A stretch of 64,000 nucleotides of DNA. It comes from Chiloscyllium plagiosum. Taxonomy: Eukaryota. Below the pieces are notes generated by a model. It saw nothing but the letters and a program-made list of their open reading frames with translations. It made no database searches and was not told where the DNA came from. This document shows positions 37,330 to 50,577 of this stretch, piece after piece; the first letter of the stretch is position 1; the number at the start of each line of letters is the position of its first letter. The DNA is taken from contig NC_057751.1 in NCBI RefSeq assembly GCF_004010195.1, positions 3,195,974 to 3,259,973 on the forward strand. The letters are read 5' to 3'. A program made the translations under genes and the position numbers.

Positions 37330-40300
37330 AGGGAAAAGTAGGCCATTCGACCCATCGATGGTGCTCCCTTATTCAATGAGGTCTGACATTCCAGAGCCCC
37401 ACTTTGCTGCCTTATCCCCAGAAGCATTCCCTTCCTGATTAAAAGTGGCTCTTGAATATACTTAATGAGCCATCCTTGAGTGCCCTGTGTGGTAAACGAT
37501 GCCATGGATTCACTACCCTGTGACAGAAGAAATTCCTCTTCATCTCTGCCTTAACTGTGTAACCCCATTGTCGAATGCCTCTGTTTCCCCTTGTGGGGAA
37601 GTCTCGGACCAATCTCTCCACACCAAGCCTGTTGAGCTTCCAAAGAACCTTGTATGTTTCAGTAAAGTTTCCTCTCGTGCTTCCAAGCTCCAATGAATAC
37701 TGGCCTAACCTGCTCAACCTCTCCTCATATGATAGACCCTCCATCTGTGGGATTAGCCAAGTGCCCTTTACTGGACTGCCTCTCATGCCAGTCTGTCTTT
37801 CCTTGATTAATGAGGCTCATAACTGTTGACACTAATCCAGCCGTGGGCTGACTAGTGCCTTGTATAATTTTGGCAAGACTTTCCTGTTTTTGTACCCCAT
37901 TCCCTTTGAAATCATTCCATTTGCCTTCTCTCTGAGCCATTGAACCGACAGTCAGAGAGTTGTACAGCATTGAAATAACCTTTTGGCTCTCCATATTTGT
38001 GCTGACCAACAAGCATCAAACTACACGAATCCCATTTACCTCCGATACCGTGCCATTTTAACTTCTCGGCCAGGTGAATCTTCAATATTGTGAGAGTAAC
38101 TGCCTCCACCACCCTCTGGGGTAGCACGTTCCATATTTCTCCCACCCTCTGGGTGAGAATATTTATTCTCAGATCTCCTCCAAACTGGTTAGTCGTCATC
38201 TTAAACTGATGCCCTTTCACATTTGCCATGGGGAAAAGATTCTCATGTTCAACTCTGTCTGTGTCTCTCATAAGTTTGTATACCTCAGTTGGATCACCCC
38301 TCTGCCCCAAGGAAAACAAACTCATTCTATCCAGTCTCTCCTCATAAGTGAGACTTTCCATTCCTGACAACATCCTGGTGAATCTCTGCATCCTCGCCAA
38401 GGCAATCATGTCCTTCCAATTGTGTGGTGACCACAACTGCCCATGGTATTCCGTCTTGGATGCTAGCTTTTTCTGATTCATACCAAAGATCCCAAATCCC
38501 TCTGTACTATTGCTTACTGCATTCTTTCTCCATATAAACAATATTCGGCTCCTTCAGGCTTCCTGCAAAGTCTGTATCCTCTCATTTTCTCACATTATAT
38601 TCCAGCTGTCTAGTTTTTGGCCACTCTCTTAACCTGTCTTATATCCCTCTGCAGATTCTTTGCATCATTGTCACCACTTTTCCTCCCAGCTTCCTTTGTG
38701 TTATCCACAAACCAGGCAATAAACTCATACAAGTCATACATTTGTATTGTTAAGTAATTGTGTCCCTAGCACTGATCCTTGTGGTACACCACTAGTTACA
38801 GTTGCCATTTTGAAAATTGGAGAGGTAAAAACAATGACTGCAGATGCTGGAAACCAGATTTTGGAGTAGTGGTGCTGGAAGAGCACAGCAGTACAGACAG
38901 CATCCAAGGAGCTTCGAAATCGATGTTTCGGGCAAAAGCCCTTCATCAGGAATAAAGGCAGTGTGCGTGGAGAGATAAGCTAGAGGAGGGTGGGAATGGT
39001 GAGAAAGTACCGTAGAGTACAATGGGTGAGTGGGGGAGGGGATGAAGGTGATAGGTCATGGAGGAGAGGGTGGAGTGGATAGGTGGAAAAGAAGATAGGC
39101 AGGTAGGACAAGTCCGGACAAGTGGGCGGCATGGTGGCACAGTGGTTAGCACTGCTGCCTCACAGCGCCAGAGACCCGGGTTCAATTCCTGCCTCAGGCG
39201 ACTGACTGTGTGGAGTTTGCACGTTCTCCCCGTGTCTGCGTGGGTTTCCTCCGGGTGCTCCGGTTTCNNNNNNNNNNNNNNNNNNNNNNNNNNNNNNNNN
39301 NNNNNNNNNNNNNNNNNNNNNNNNNNNNNNNNNNNNNNNNNNNNNNNNNNNNNNNNNNNNNNNNNNNNNNNNNNNNNNNNNNNNNNNNNNNNNNNNNNNN
39401 NNNNNNNNNNNNNNNNNNNNNNNNNNNNNNNNNNNNNNNNNNNNNNNNNNNNNNNNNNNNNNNNNNNNNNNNNNNNNNNNNNNNNNNNNNNNNNNNNNNN
39501 NNNNNNNNNNNNNNNNNNNNNNNNNNNNNNNNNNNNNNNNNNNNNNNNNNNNNNNNNNNNNNNNNNNNNNNNNNNNNNNNNNNNNNNNNNNNNNNNNNNN
39601 NNNNNNNNNNNNNNNNNNNNNNNNNNNNNNNNNNNNNNNNNNNNNNNNNNNNNNNNNNNNNNNNNNNNNNNNNNNNNNNNNNNNNNNNNNNNNNNNNNNN
39701 NNNNNNNNNNNNNNNNNNNNNNNNNNNNNNNNNNNNNNNNNNNNNNNNNNNNNNNNNNNNNNNNNNNNNNNNNNNNNNNNNNNNNNNNNNNNNNNNNNNN
39801 TAGGGTGGGAAGTGGTGTAATCCAGGTAGCTGTGGGAGTTGGTGGGTTTGTAAAAAATGTCAGTGTCAAGTCTGTCGTCACTGATGGAGATGGAGAGGTC
39901 CAGGAGGGGGAGGGAGGTGTCAGAGATGGTCCAGGTAAATTTAAGGTCAGGGTGGAATGTGTTGGTGAAGTTGATGAATTGCTCAACCTCCTCGCGGGAG
40001 CACGAGGTGGCACCAATGCAGTCATCAATGTCGCGGAGGAAGAGTTGGGGAGTGGTGCCGGCGTAATTACGGAAGATCAACTGCTCTACGTAGCCAACAA
40101 AGAGACAGGCATAGCTGGGGCCCATATGTGTGCCCTTTGGTCTGGAGGAAGTGGGAGGATTCAAAGGAGAAATATTGCTCCTTTATCCCAACTCTCTGTC
40201 TTCTACGAATGAGCGAAACCTCTATCCAAGGCAAAAAAACACCTCTAATACTGGAGGTTTTTGTGTTAGAAAGTAGTCTTCTGTGCGTTCGCTCATAGAA

Positions 40301-41060
40301 CACCTTTTAGCAACACAAATATATCCCTACTTTGTCTATATTGATTCTGCTTAGGACCACTTCAAGAGGTTTTTAAGTAAATTTGTCAGGCATGATTTCC
40401 AATTGAAGAAGGTAATATTGACTGTTTTTATATTAATGCAACTCAAGTGTCTATTTTCTCCCTTTGTTGCCATCATTCCTTGGCTTTTAAAAGTTTCCAA
40501 ACCCCTCTGGTTTGCCACATTGTATGCTTTTTCATTCAATTGATATAATCCTTTACTGCCCCGATTAACAATATAATTGAAATCCTCCTTCCTCGCTGAG
40601 GTATATCTTCAACATGGATCAAGTCATGACCTATTTTCTTAACTGTCTACCATTGTTCCTCAACCATCTTTTCAGTTAAACTCCTTTTCTAGTCCATTCC
40701 AACCAACTCTGTCCTCAAGTTAAGCATGGTTGTGTCTGGCCCAAGTTTGTCACTTTCAAACTGAATGCTAACTTTTACCATGCTGTCACCGTCCCCAGTT
40801 GCAAAATAGGCTGATTGAATCCACAACAGAGAGTTTGAGGAAACTGATGTGAATGCACTATATGAAATCTTCCTCTTGTTTCTTTTGCCAACTTGATTTT
40901 ACCAATCTGCATGATCGTTAAAATCACCCATGATTGATGTGCTGCCTTTTTTTTTAACATATCCTCGTTATTCTCTGATCTGTTCTCTCTCTGGTAGTAT
41001 TGATGGAGTTGTAAACTATTCCCACCATAACCTCTTTCCCTTGTTATTAGGTCCACCCAT
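37330..41060 (-). mobile_element. Nested CR1 LINE fragments interrupted by a Penelope element
   Basis: Reverse CR1 motifs (YEERLSRLG, VTSGVPQGSVLG, KSCLTNLL); 38820-40170 is a different element. Confidence 0.75.
38820..40170 (-). mobile_element. Penelope-like element (RT) containing an HE1 SINE (39124-39267) and an N gap (39268-39800)
   Basis: KGTHMGPSYACLFVGYVE...FLRDIDD (degenerate RYIDD). Hammerhead-like CTGATGA on the minus strand at 38943-38949. Confidence 0.85.
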
Positions 41061-42539
41061 ATGGATTCTACATCATCCAGCGCAAGACTGTTTCTTGCGA
41101 TCATGCTTATTCATTGATGTTCAGTTGAAATTCTTGAATTTGTCAGATTCCTGTCTTATTTTTGAATCTTACTGCACTGAAAAATGATGGAATCTATTTT
41201 GATTGGCAGATATGTAGGTTATGCTAAGACACACTTGCACCTTTTACCTTCTGGTTTACCACTGCAGTGTTGAGGAGATGGAATACTTGCAGGTTATTGT
41301 GTTCTTCACTTGGTGATAGTGTGACGTAAAAGGAGTCAAAATTGCTGTTGTGGTTAGAGAACAGCATCTCGGTCCAATCACATTTGCTGAAGGAGTTTCT
41401 GAGAGCAGCGAATCCCTCTCAGTCAAAGACAGAGATGGCTGAGGAAACTCAGCGGTTCTGCCAGCTTCTGTGGACAGTGGGAAAGCACAGCTGGTCAGGC
41501 AGCATCCAAGGAGCAGGAGATGTTGAGCATCAGCCCTTCATCAGAGCTGCCTGACCGGCTTTGCTTCTCCAGCACCACACTTTTCGACTCTGATCTTCAC
41601 TTCCTCCAAGCTTCGGTGGAGAGGGAAACAGAGTTCAAGTTTCCAGTCCATTTCTGAAGAAGGGTCACTGGTCTCGCTGTCTCTCTTTCCACAGATGCTG
41701 CCAGACTGCTGATTCTTCCCAGCAATTTCTATTTTTGTTTCAGATCTCGAGCATCCGCAGTTCTTTGTTATAAGCTTGTCTCTGTGCTAAGTTTCTGAGA
41801 GATGAGGCACTTGCTGGGGCATAATGTGCGATGAATGATGTCGTGCTTTATGAAGGATGTGTCTTTGATTATACCACCGTAACTAATGTTCACATCATTA
41901 ATGTGCACTGCTTAGAAATCCAACTGCCAGCGATTGATGGATGGTTTGCAATGACTGTATACTGTAGGGAATAATGGATGATAAATGAAGTATCTGGTGG
42001 CACACACTGATTTGAGGATAGATCTGATCAAGTTGCAAAGACGCCAAGCCAGTCATTATGCTGTGCACAACATCCTCCAAATATCACACTTGTGTACATA
42101 ACAAAGCTGTATCGTGAGCTGAGAAACATCGTATGGTCCGACACTGCATATTCTAATGCTGCATAGTCAGCAGGCACATGACGCCAGATTATCGTCTCGC
42201 AGGTTCATTAGAAATCACAGGCTTTCAGAGCAGTGCTCCTTCGAGGGCAGCTCCATTCAGCAGTGCTCCAAAGGCATGTGTTTTCTAATAAACCTGTTGG
42301 GCTATAACCTGATGTCGTGTGTCTTGTGACTTTGTCCGCCCCAGTCCAACACCAACACTTCCACATCATTCGCGGCAGACTGCAGGAGTTGCTGCTTGCT
42401 GCTGTGTGAGGTTGGACTGTCTGTCTGTCTCTCTGTGTCCCGATATTTAATAAACTTACATGGGCTCAAGACATCCCGCAGCCAATGAAACATGCTTTTG
42501 GAAACACAGAAGCCATTTGGGTTGCAACACCCTCCCAGC

Positions 42540-42695
42540 GTTTGGAAGGAACAGTGCAGTGGGATTGCTTCTACACCCACCCATCCATCCACCCGAAGAG
42601 GCTGAGTTTAATGTTCACACCACAGGCAGCACCTCTGACAGTGCAGCACTCACTCCCTCAGCAATGGACTGGAAGTGGTCAACCAGGATTTTGTT
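42540..42695 (-). mobile_element. DeuSINE (SacSINE1-like) remnant
   Basis: GCACCTCTGACAGTGCAGCACTCACTCCCTCAG resembles the recalled Deu-domain core and the 33-bp minisatellite unit. Confidence 0.55.
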
Positions 42696-42915
42696 TTCAT
42701 ATCTCTGCAGTGCGGCCTTTCCCTGGTGATTCAGGCAGGCTCCCAGTTTACAGTTGTTCGATTAGGCCTCCACTGTAGATCGTTCACCTCCGAGGCTAAT
42801 TGTACCCCTCAGTTTGCTGTAAAACAGAAGCTGTCTGTTTATTTTAATGTTGGTGTGAAAGAGAGCAAGTCAGACCACTGATGACACCCGTGTGTATTCT
42901 ATCAACTTGAACAAA

Positions 42916-43216
42916 TGCCATGATGGAGCTCCACAGCTGCACACTGTCAATATGGCTGCTTCTTGCACATGGTTTTGGTGGACATGGGTTATCACAGCTG
43001 GGCCACAGAAACACACACCACCACCACCACCCCCTCCCCAAACCTGGCCGAATATCCAGAATCCAGGTGCACTCTGACAATGAGAGCACTCCCACTGTTC
43101 CGTCATCATTTCCATCAACAAGCAGGAGCAGTTACCGTGGTGTTTTGTGTTGAGCGCTGGTGTGAATCCTCCCTGACCAGCTGCAGACAGCCACACAGTT
43201 TGCACAGTGGGTTTCT
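42916..43216 (+). repeat. Inverted repeat arm A (about 301 bp)
   Basis: Reverse complement of 45916-46223 with few substitutions and three small indels. Confidence 0.95.
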
Positions 43217-43609
43217 GAAAAGCAACCATGTTTCCCTAATTGTAATTTCAGTGCTATTTTCATAAGGAGTGGTTGAATTTTGAAAAACAACCATTTTATC
43301 CTTGCTTCATTGATTCTAGTTTTTGATCATGCAGCCTCTATGTTACCTGTCATATTTAACTACACAAAGATAAAGAGAGTTTAGAAAGGATCTGTTCCCT
43401 GTCACATGGAATTCCATTGGGAAAGTTGTAATAACTGCTTGTTTTGTTAGAAGTCAAAAGTTTTTAATTTCTTGCAGCAGTGAGACAGGCCAGTGTTTTA
43501 AAAAAACTTCAGAAACCTGTTCCTGAACGGCAAGTTTTACAACAAACCCTTGGAAAGTTACTAACTCGCACAGCCACCTGTGAGATGTCCCCTTCACTGT
43601 TCAGCAGTA

Positions 43610-45105
43610 CTGGAAATTCACAAGTGAAAGGAAGACCTGCATTGCAATAGTGCCCATCCAAACCTTGGGAATATTCCGAAGCGCTTTCACAGTTGAGGCT
43701 GGATGGAGAATCTGTACTGATCCTTAAGATCCCCTCCAAAGAAGGGGCCAAATCCGAGGGCCAGTGGATGTCATACCATTGTGTCATCTCTCACTGCAGT
43801 AACGTGGAGCCTTGCAACCCTCAGATGTCTGCTGTTACCCCTCCATAACATTGGGATCCCTCGCTCCACCATTGGCGGCCTGTTTAAGCTCCGGAATTTC
43901 CTCCTCAAACCTTCACGTCTCTCTCCCTTTTCCTTCTGGTGGAACTGTACCAGAAAAGACATTTCTTTGACTGCGGTTTTTAATCACTCATTCTAATGTG
44001 ACTGAGTGGCACAGTTGGCCTGTTAACAGCTCATTTGAGCACCCAGGGATAGTTTACTAAGTTGCAAGAGCACAATTCTAAGCGGACCTATTGCAGAATG
44101 ATCAATGACAGTATTATTTGGAAGGAATTGTTATTGCAAATCATTCTTGAAAATAGTGAAGCAGTGTTTAAGAGATTATGGTTTGTGCAGACACTTATCT
44201 ACAGGAGGCAGGAGGCTGATCATCCATTTCACTGTCATGGTCTAATTAATAATCCCAAATTATCCTTGGAATGAAAACCTGGCAGAAATTGACTAGACAG
44301 CTATGTGTCTTTGAAAAGATGTTCATTTATATCCTCTCTCTTTTACAAAGATTGGAATTAGGAAGGTGAGAGTCTGCTGGAAGACTTGGCAAATTGAATA
44401 CTTCTAACAACACATTGTGTACCGAAACACAGTTCAAACTACCAATGAAAACATGTCTGCAAGTCAATGAAATGGTGTTGAGAGCTGTTTCTTAGTGCTG
44501 TGTGTTTTTCCTCTTTGCAAAATTAATTTCTGTTTAACTCACACTTGAACGGGTTTTCTGTGTTTGGTGTGTTCTGTGTTCGGAGATGGGCTGTTCGTGC
44601 CACTTATAGACAGAGGTGTCACATCGGAGATGGGAAGCCAGAGAAAATGGGTCACATTTGACAGGGACATTGAATTTGATGTCTCATTAGTTGGGGAAAG
44701 ACCCAGATGCCTGGTGGCGTTCTCTTCAAAGGGGCTGAGCATCGATTGGATTAGGTCTTGGGTGTTGCAGTGCTGGGTATTGGCAAGAACAGATGGCTGG
44801 TATGTCTAATAAACATTCCCTTTGGACAGAACAAACCACATGGGAGGCCTGTGCTTTAACCTCCGATATGGGCTGTGCCACAAAATTAGGGCATTCGAAT
44901 TTCAAAAGAGGTTGGACAGCATGAGCTGCTGCTGCAGCGTCCAGTGTTGTGCTAGCCTTATTGCTGAGGCTGTGTTTAACCCCCTTTACCAGCTTCTTGT
45001 GTTCATTCAGTCTGACACTGGTGGTTTGTTCTTTCTGAAACCACAGGCTGGGCAAATCCGATCCAGACAGACCAACTCTCAATCTGCAAATTCATATTCT
45101 TGCAT
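43610..45105 (-). pseudogene. Candidate decayed exons of a C-type-lectin-domain protein
   Basis: Minus-strand translations VQRECLL/YQPSVLANTQHCNTQDLIQSML...HLGLS...HFLW (frameshift near 44805), VWIGF (about 45050) and C...GHYCNAGLPFTCEF (about 43620-43700) fit CTLD patterns by eye. Stops and frameshifts are present. Confidence 0.35.
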
Positions 45106-45915
45106 CTGAGTGACGAGCAGGAGGAATACACTGCTACCTAATGAAATATTATCATGTATTTCATAAAAAGTGCTCTGACAATTGATGTCAAACAGCTGAA
45201 ACATTTTTTTTTAAAATGCTGGATCGTAGCAGGTCTGTTGGCAGCTCTGGCGAGAACAGACAGATTTGTGACCATTCATTAGAACTGGGATCAAGGAAAC
45301 CTCACTGCAGTTTTCTCTCCTAACAGATGCTGCCAGACCTGCTGAGTTCCTCCAGCCCTTAATCTTTTAATTTCGGATCTCTGGTCATCTGCAACAACTT
45401 GTGTTTGTCTCTGGGCTTGAACTCAATTGCTCAGTTGTCACAAAATCCTTAACCCATCAAATCCTTGAAGGGTTAAAGCAATGTACTGCATGTGCTGGAG
45501 ATCTGAATTGAAATAAATCCGCAAGTGTTGGAGGAACTCAGTAGGTCTGGCAGCACCTGTGGAGAGAGAAGCAGCTCGTGTTTTGAGTGCTCTGTGACTC
45601 CTCTTTGGAATGGTGAACACGTGAAGGGCCTGTTCTGCGCTGTATTGTTCTATGTACCCACAATCCTCCCCGAGAACCTGTATATCCAGAATTCATGTCT
45701 GTTCAGGTAATTACTGCACCTCTCACTGTTCTTTTGGACTCTAATCATTTGAGGTTGAGAGATAGCCAGAGGTATTAAGCTGAGCTGCTCAGGGCACGAT
45801 TCATTGAAACACCTCGGGGAGAGTTAGTCAGTGGGTGTCAGAAAATACAAAGACTGAGTGCGAAAGATGTGAATAAACAGGGCATTTGTAATCAAAATAT
45901 GGCAGCGGTTTACAA

Positions 45916-46223
45916 AGAAACCCCACTGTGCAAACTGTGTGGCTGTCTGCAGCTGGTCAGGGAGGATTCACACCAGCGCTCAACACAAAACACCACAGTA
46001 ACTGCTCCTGCTTGTTGATGGAAATGATGACGGAACAGTGGGAGTGCTCTCATTGTCAGAGTGCACCTGGATTCTGGACATTCAGCCAGCTTTGGTGAGG
46101 GGGTGGTGGCGATGTGTGTCCCTGTGTTTCTGTGGCCCAGCTCTGATAACCCATGTCCACCCAAAACCATGGGCAAGATGCAGCCGTATTGACAGTGTGC
46201 AGCTGTGGAGCTCCATCATGGCA
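45916..46223 (-). repeat. Inverted repeat arm B (about 308 bp)
   Basis: Reverse complement of 42916-43216. Confidence 0.95.
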
Positions 46224-48379
46224 AGAAACTAAAGTCTCTGTTCTGTCACAGTAAGCGGTTAATCCACCAGCAGAGCTGGGCAACAGAGAGAGTTTCTCCA
46301 AGGATTCCAATGGGTGTCTTTTCTGGCTTTTCCTCAGGCTAATGTGTTGCTTCCCTCTTGACCCAATGATGGTTGAATTGTACTCGGAAGTCCGCAGAGA
46401 CTGGCAAATCAAATTGAGATCCCATCATTTCATCATACTGATAGTCATTTGCATTATTATAGCACCTTCCACATCTTCAGATGCTCCACGGTACTTTGCA
46501 GGAAACAAAATCTCACACTGAACGACAGAGGGAGAAATTAGGACTGGTGAGAAAAAGCTTGCTGACAGAGTTAGGTTTGAATGATTTAAGGAGTAACAAG
46601 GAGGGAGGGAGGGAGAAGTTGTGAGGTTTGAGGAGGGACTTCCAGACCTGGGGGTCCTTGGGTAGTTTCGGTCAGGGCTGGCCAGTGGTGGAGTGATGGG
46701 AGATGCTCAAGAGAGTGAAATCTGTGAGGAGCTCTGAGATCTCTGAGGAAGTGACCACGGCAGGAGTGGGGAGAGGTGCAAGGAGGTTTGGAGAACAAGC
46801 ATGTGGAGGAATTGATGATTGAGCAGCCCTAGTACTTGGCTCATTCTGTCAACCACACTCAACAGGAACATTTCTACTTTCAAGACATCCTTGCTGGAGC
46901 TTAGCTTTGTGCAGCTCTATGCCTAAGCAGGCTGTGTTCTGTGTGTGCTTGTTTGCAAACAAAGCTTTTCACTGTCCTTAGGTACATGTAGCTACAATAA
47001 ATCAAATCAAATCAAGTCAGGAGTTGGCCGTTAAACCCATTGAACCTGCTGTGGCATCAAGAGAATGGTGGCTAATTATCCACTGGGGGGCCTCTGCTGT
47101 TTCCTTACGAGAGATGCACATTGTGTTTGAAGAGATGGAAGGGACAACACAGTGAGGATCAGGTGTGTTTGTATCTTCTTGATGACACAGTGAGATAAAA
47201 CCAAATGCAAAGATGCTGTAACAAGAGGGAAACCACCACATCAAGTTTATCAACCAATTTATTGCAAAGATTCCAGTTAACACGGTAAATATCACCATCG
47301 TTTCCAACAATTTCACAGCATTGGTCTTTGTTCTGGAGTGAAAGTGTACGCCAAATACTTTCCAGGCAACCGTAGTAAGCAAAGCAGAAACAACCTGTAT
47401 GTCTGTTTCCTTATCTGTTGTCACCCTGGGCTGTCTCGCTAATGCAAACAGGCAGCTAGGAATACAGGTCTTTGAGGGGAAAGAGCCCCTGGCCACATCG
47501 TCACAGTTTATATCCCAGGATGGAAAAATCAAATTCAGGCAGCCACTTTGCACAATTCTCTGAGGTTCTGTTTTGCAGCATTTGACACTTTTTCTTTGAG
47601 GTCATCATAATCACAAAGCACAGAAAAACCCAAAATGTCTGCGCTAGCTTTTTGAAAGGCAATTGTGCCCAGTTTCCCGCAGAATGTCACAGTGATAAGT
47701 AGGACAAGACACTTTGATGTGTTGACCTTTGTTCTGTTGCTTGGAAAAGCACTGCTGGTTGGCAGATTATGTGTCAGTTATGTTACTGATTTCCACTTCA
47801 AATCCAAGTGAGGTGAGACTGGTCGCAATGCTGATCCCAGTGCAGTCCGAGTTACTGAGGTAGAACAGAACGGCACAGAAAGATGGCTGGATGTTCATTG
47901 CAGAAGCTGATAGTGCAACAGCACCACAGTATGTGTTCAGTGGTGAGGTCTGGTCAGCTCCAACTCAAAGGCACACTGCAAGATATGGCAAGGGGACGTT
48001 TGGGATAGCTTTCTGTTTAAACCAGGGAGGACAGACCAGGTTTTAGTTTCTGAGGAAGGACATGTACAAAATGTTGACAGGCTTCCTTCCCCCCCCCCCA
48101 CCCTCCCACTTTACACTTGACTGGCCCTAATTCTGAAACCGACTTGGAGTGAGATTGCTGGATACATTGAGCATCACTGAGTGCTGCCCAGAACTCGGTC
48201 ACTGACTCTGTCACAGTGGTTCACCTGGTGAAACCCTGATCCCAGCTGCAGGGATATAGAGATAGGTGCAGCTTTCAGCAGGGAGTCACACTGTGCTGGC
48301 CTCATAACATTCCAGCCATGACCAAGACATGGCTGAAAGATGGACAGGTCGGCAGCTCAGTGTACCTGCTCGTAGGGTC

Positions 48380-50140
48380 TTCACGATAGGTTGGGAGCAG
48401 GATAGAAGAGGAGTGATCAAGCAGTCGGCTATAGCACTGAGGTAGGATGAAATCTTGGAAGGATCGTCAAATGGGTCAAAGTAAAAATCGCAAAATGGCA
48501 AATACTCTGGTGAGTGTGTACTATAGGCCCCAACACAGTCAGAGAAAGGTAGAAGAATCAAATTGCATAAAAGTATATGTCTAACAAGGCTGCAGTGGTA
48601 GTACAGGATTTTAACTGTCCAAGTATTAACAAGGACATTTGTATGCAAGGTAGGACCATGGGGCTAATTGGTATGTGTCAATCCACAGTACAAAAGGACA
48701 TCACAGAAATAGACATCAGCATGCAGGACTGTGAAATACTGGAAAAATTAACATAGTGGGAGAGAGGAGGTTTGGAAGGGTTTAGCAGCGTCAACACAGG
48801 AGAAATCTGCAAACCCCGACGAGATGTACGTCAGGCTGTTGAGAGAGGGACTATCAGGGACCCTGATAATAATTTCCACATCCTCCTTCTGACCACAGGT
48901 AAGGCCCCAGATGACTGCAGAACTGCTCGTGTTGTTCCATGATTAAAATAGAGAAGAAGGGATACAGCAGGGAAATACAGGCCGGTCAGTGGGGGAGAGG
49001 TTACCTGATTTGACTTCTGAGGGACAGAATAAATCGACACTTGGAGGGACACAGATTCATCAGGAACGATCAGCGTGGATTTGCGAAGGGAAGGTTGAAT
49101 TTGACAAAAGTGAACAGTTTTTGCGGATGTAACCAGGACTGGTGATGAGCTGGGTGATTTTGGTATAGTCGTGATGGACTTCAGCAAGGTTTGAGATAAG
49201 GTCCCACATGCCAAACTGGTCAAGAAATGAAAAGCCCCTGGGATCCAAGGCACAGTGACATGCTGCATCCAAGATTGGCTGAGAGGCAGGAAGCAAAAGG
49301 TGATGGTAGACGCATGTTTCTGTGACTAGAAGACCGTTTCCAGTGGGATTCCACTGGGGACAATGTTGGGCTCTTGCTGTTTGTAATTTGCATCACTGAC
49401 TGGGACTTAAACAAAAGGAAAATGATCAAGAAATGGAGTGGTGACCAGCAGGAGTGGTAAACAGAGAGGAGATGGCTGGGAATTGCAGAAGGATATCAAC
49501 GGACTGGTCACCTGGGCAGACAGCAGTGACAAATGGTATTGAACATGGAAAAATGTGAGGTCATTCAACTAGGAATGGCTGACAAGGCAAGGGTAGGACC
49601 CTACTGTGAATGTTAGGGCCCTGGAATGTACTAATGATCAGATGGAGCTGAAGGTAGCAGGACAGGTAGGTAAGGTCATACATAAGGCATGTGTGAATTC
49701 TGCATTTGATAGCTGAGACATAGAATATTAGAGCAGAGAGGTGATACTGGAATTGTACAAAATGGTGGTTTGGCCTCACCAGGAGATGTGCGCAGTTTGA
49801 ATCACCATATTACTGGAAGAAAAAAGAATTGGAAGAAAGTGAATGCAGAGGAAATTTACCAGGACGTTGCCTGAGCTGGAGTGTGAACTCTGCTGAGGTT
49901 GTTTTCCATGGGGTCATGGAGGTTCAGAGGGGATGTTAAAGAGATGGTATATAAGGTTAGGAGGGGCACAGATAAGCAGGAGAGAAAGGCGCTGTTCCCA
50001 TGAGTGACCAGAGAGTATGGATTGTGAAGGTAGGGGATTAAGAGGAGAGCTGAGATAGTGTTTCCACCAGACAGTGGTGGGGACTCTCAAATGTATTGCC
50101 TAAAAGCTTGGCTCAGTCTGAAACTCTGTCATTTGGATAA
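48380..50140 (+). mobile_element. Old CR1 LINE, long degenerate copy
   Basis: MDFSKV.DKVPH, GIQG.V..IQDWL and VSSGIP remnants. Confidence 0.75.
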
Positions 50141-50434
50141 TTTTAAATATTTATTTGTGTTGACCAGTGAGTACTTCCTGTTTTGTTGTCCATGTTGAAG
50201 GGTCTCCCAAATTTCCCTTGCTCGCACCCATAACTTGGCAGTGTGCCCCCGAGCTCTGGGCTGTAGTTTTGTTGAGCTCTTGCAGTACCAGTCTGTAATG
50301 AAACTGTCTGCACCCTTTCCAGAGCACCATCTGACTGTGAGGTCAATAGGTGAACTCGAGCTTGGTTATCTCTGGAGTCTGACAATTCACGGATCATCTC
50401 AGGAGTCAATCGACTTGAGAAAGAGGGAATGTTT

Positions 50435-50577
50435 AGGAGAAAGTGAGGACTGCAGATGCTGGAGATCAGAGTCGAGAGTGTGGTGCTGGAAAAGCGCAGC
50501 AGGTCAGGCAGCATCCGAGGAGCAGGAGAACCGACGTTTTGGGCATAAGCCCTTCATCAGGAAGGGCTTATTCCTGA
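50435..50577 (-). mobile_element. Short Penelope-derived element
   Basis: 15-bp TSD AAAGAGGGAATGTTT (50420-50434 and 50578-50592). CTGATGA core on the minus strand at 50554-50560. Confidence 0.75.

Noticed and set aside
33486..40212. Long ORFs containing X runs
   Set aside because: They read through assembly gaps and Penelope or SINE fragments.
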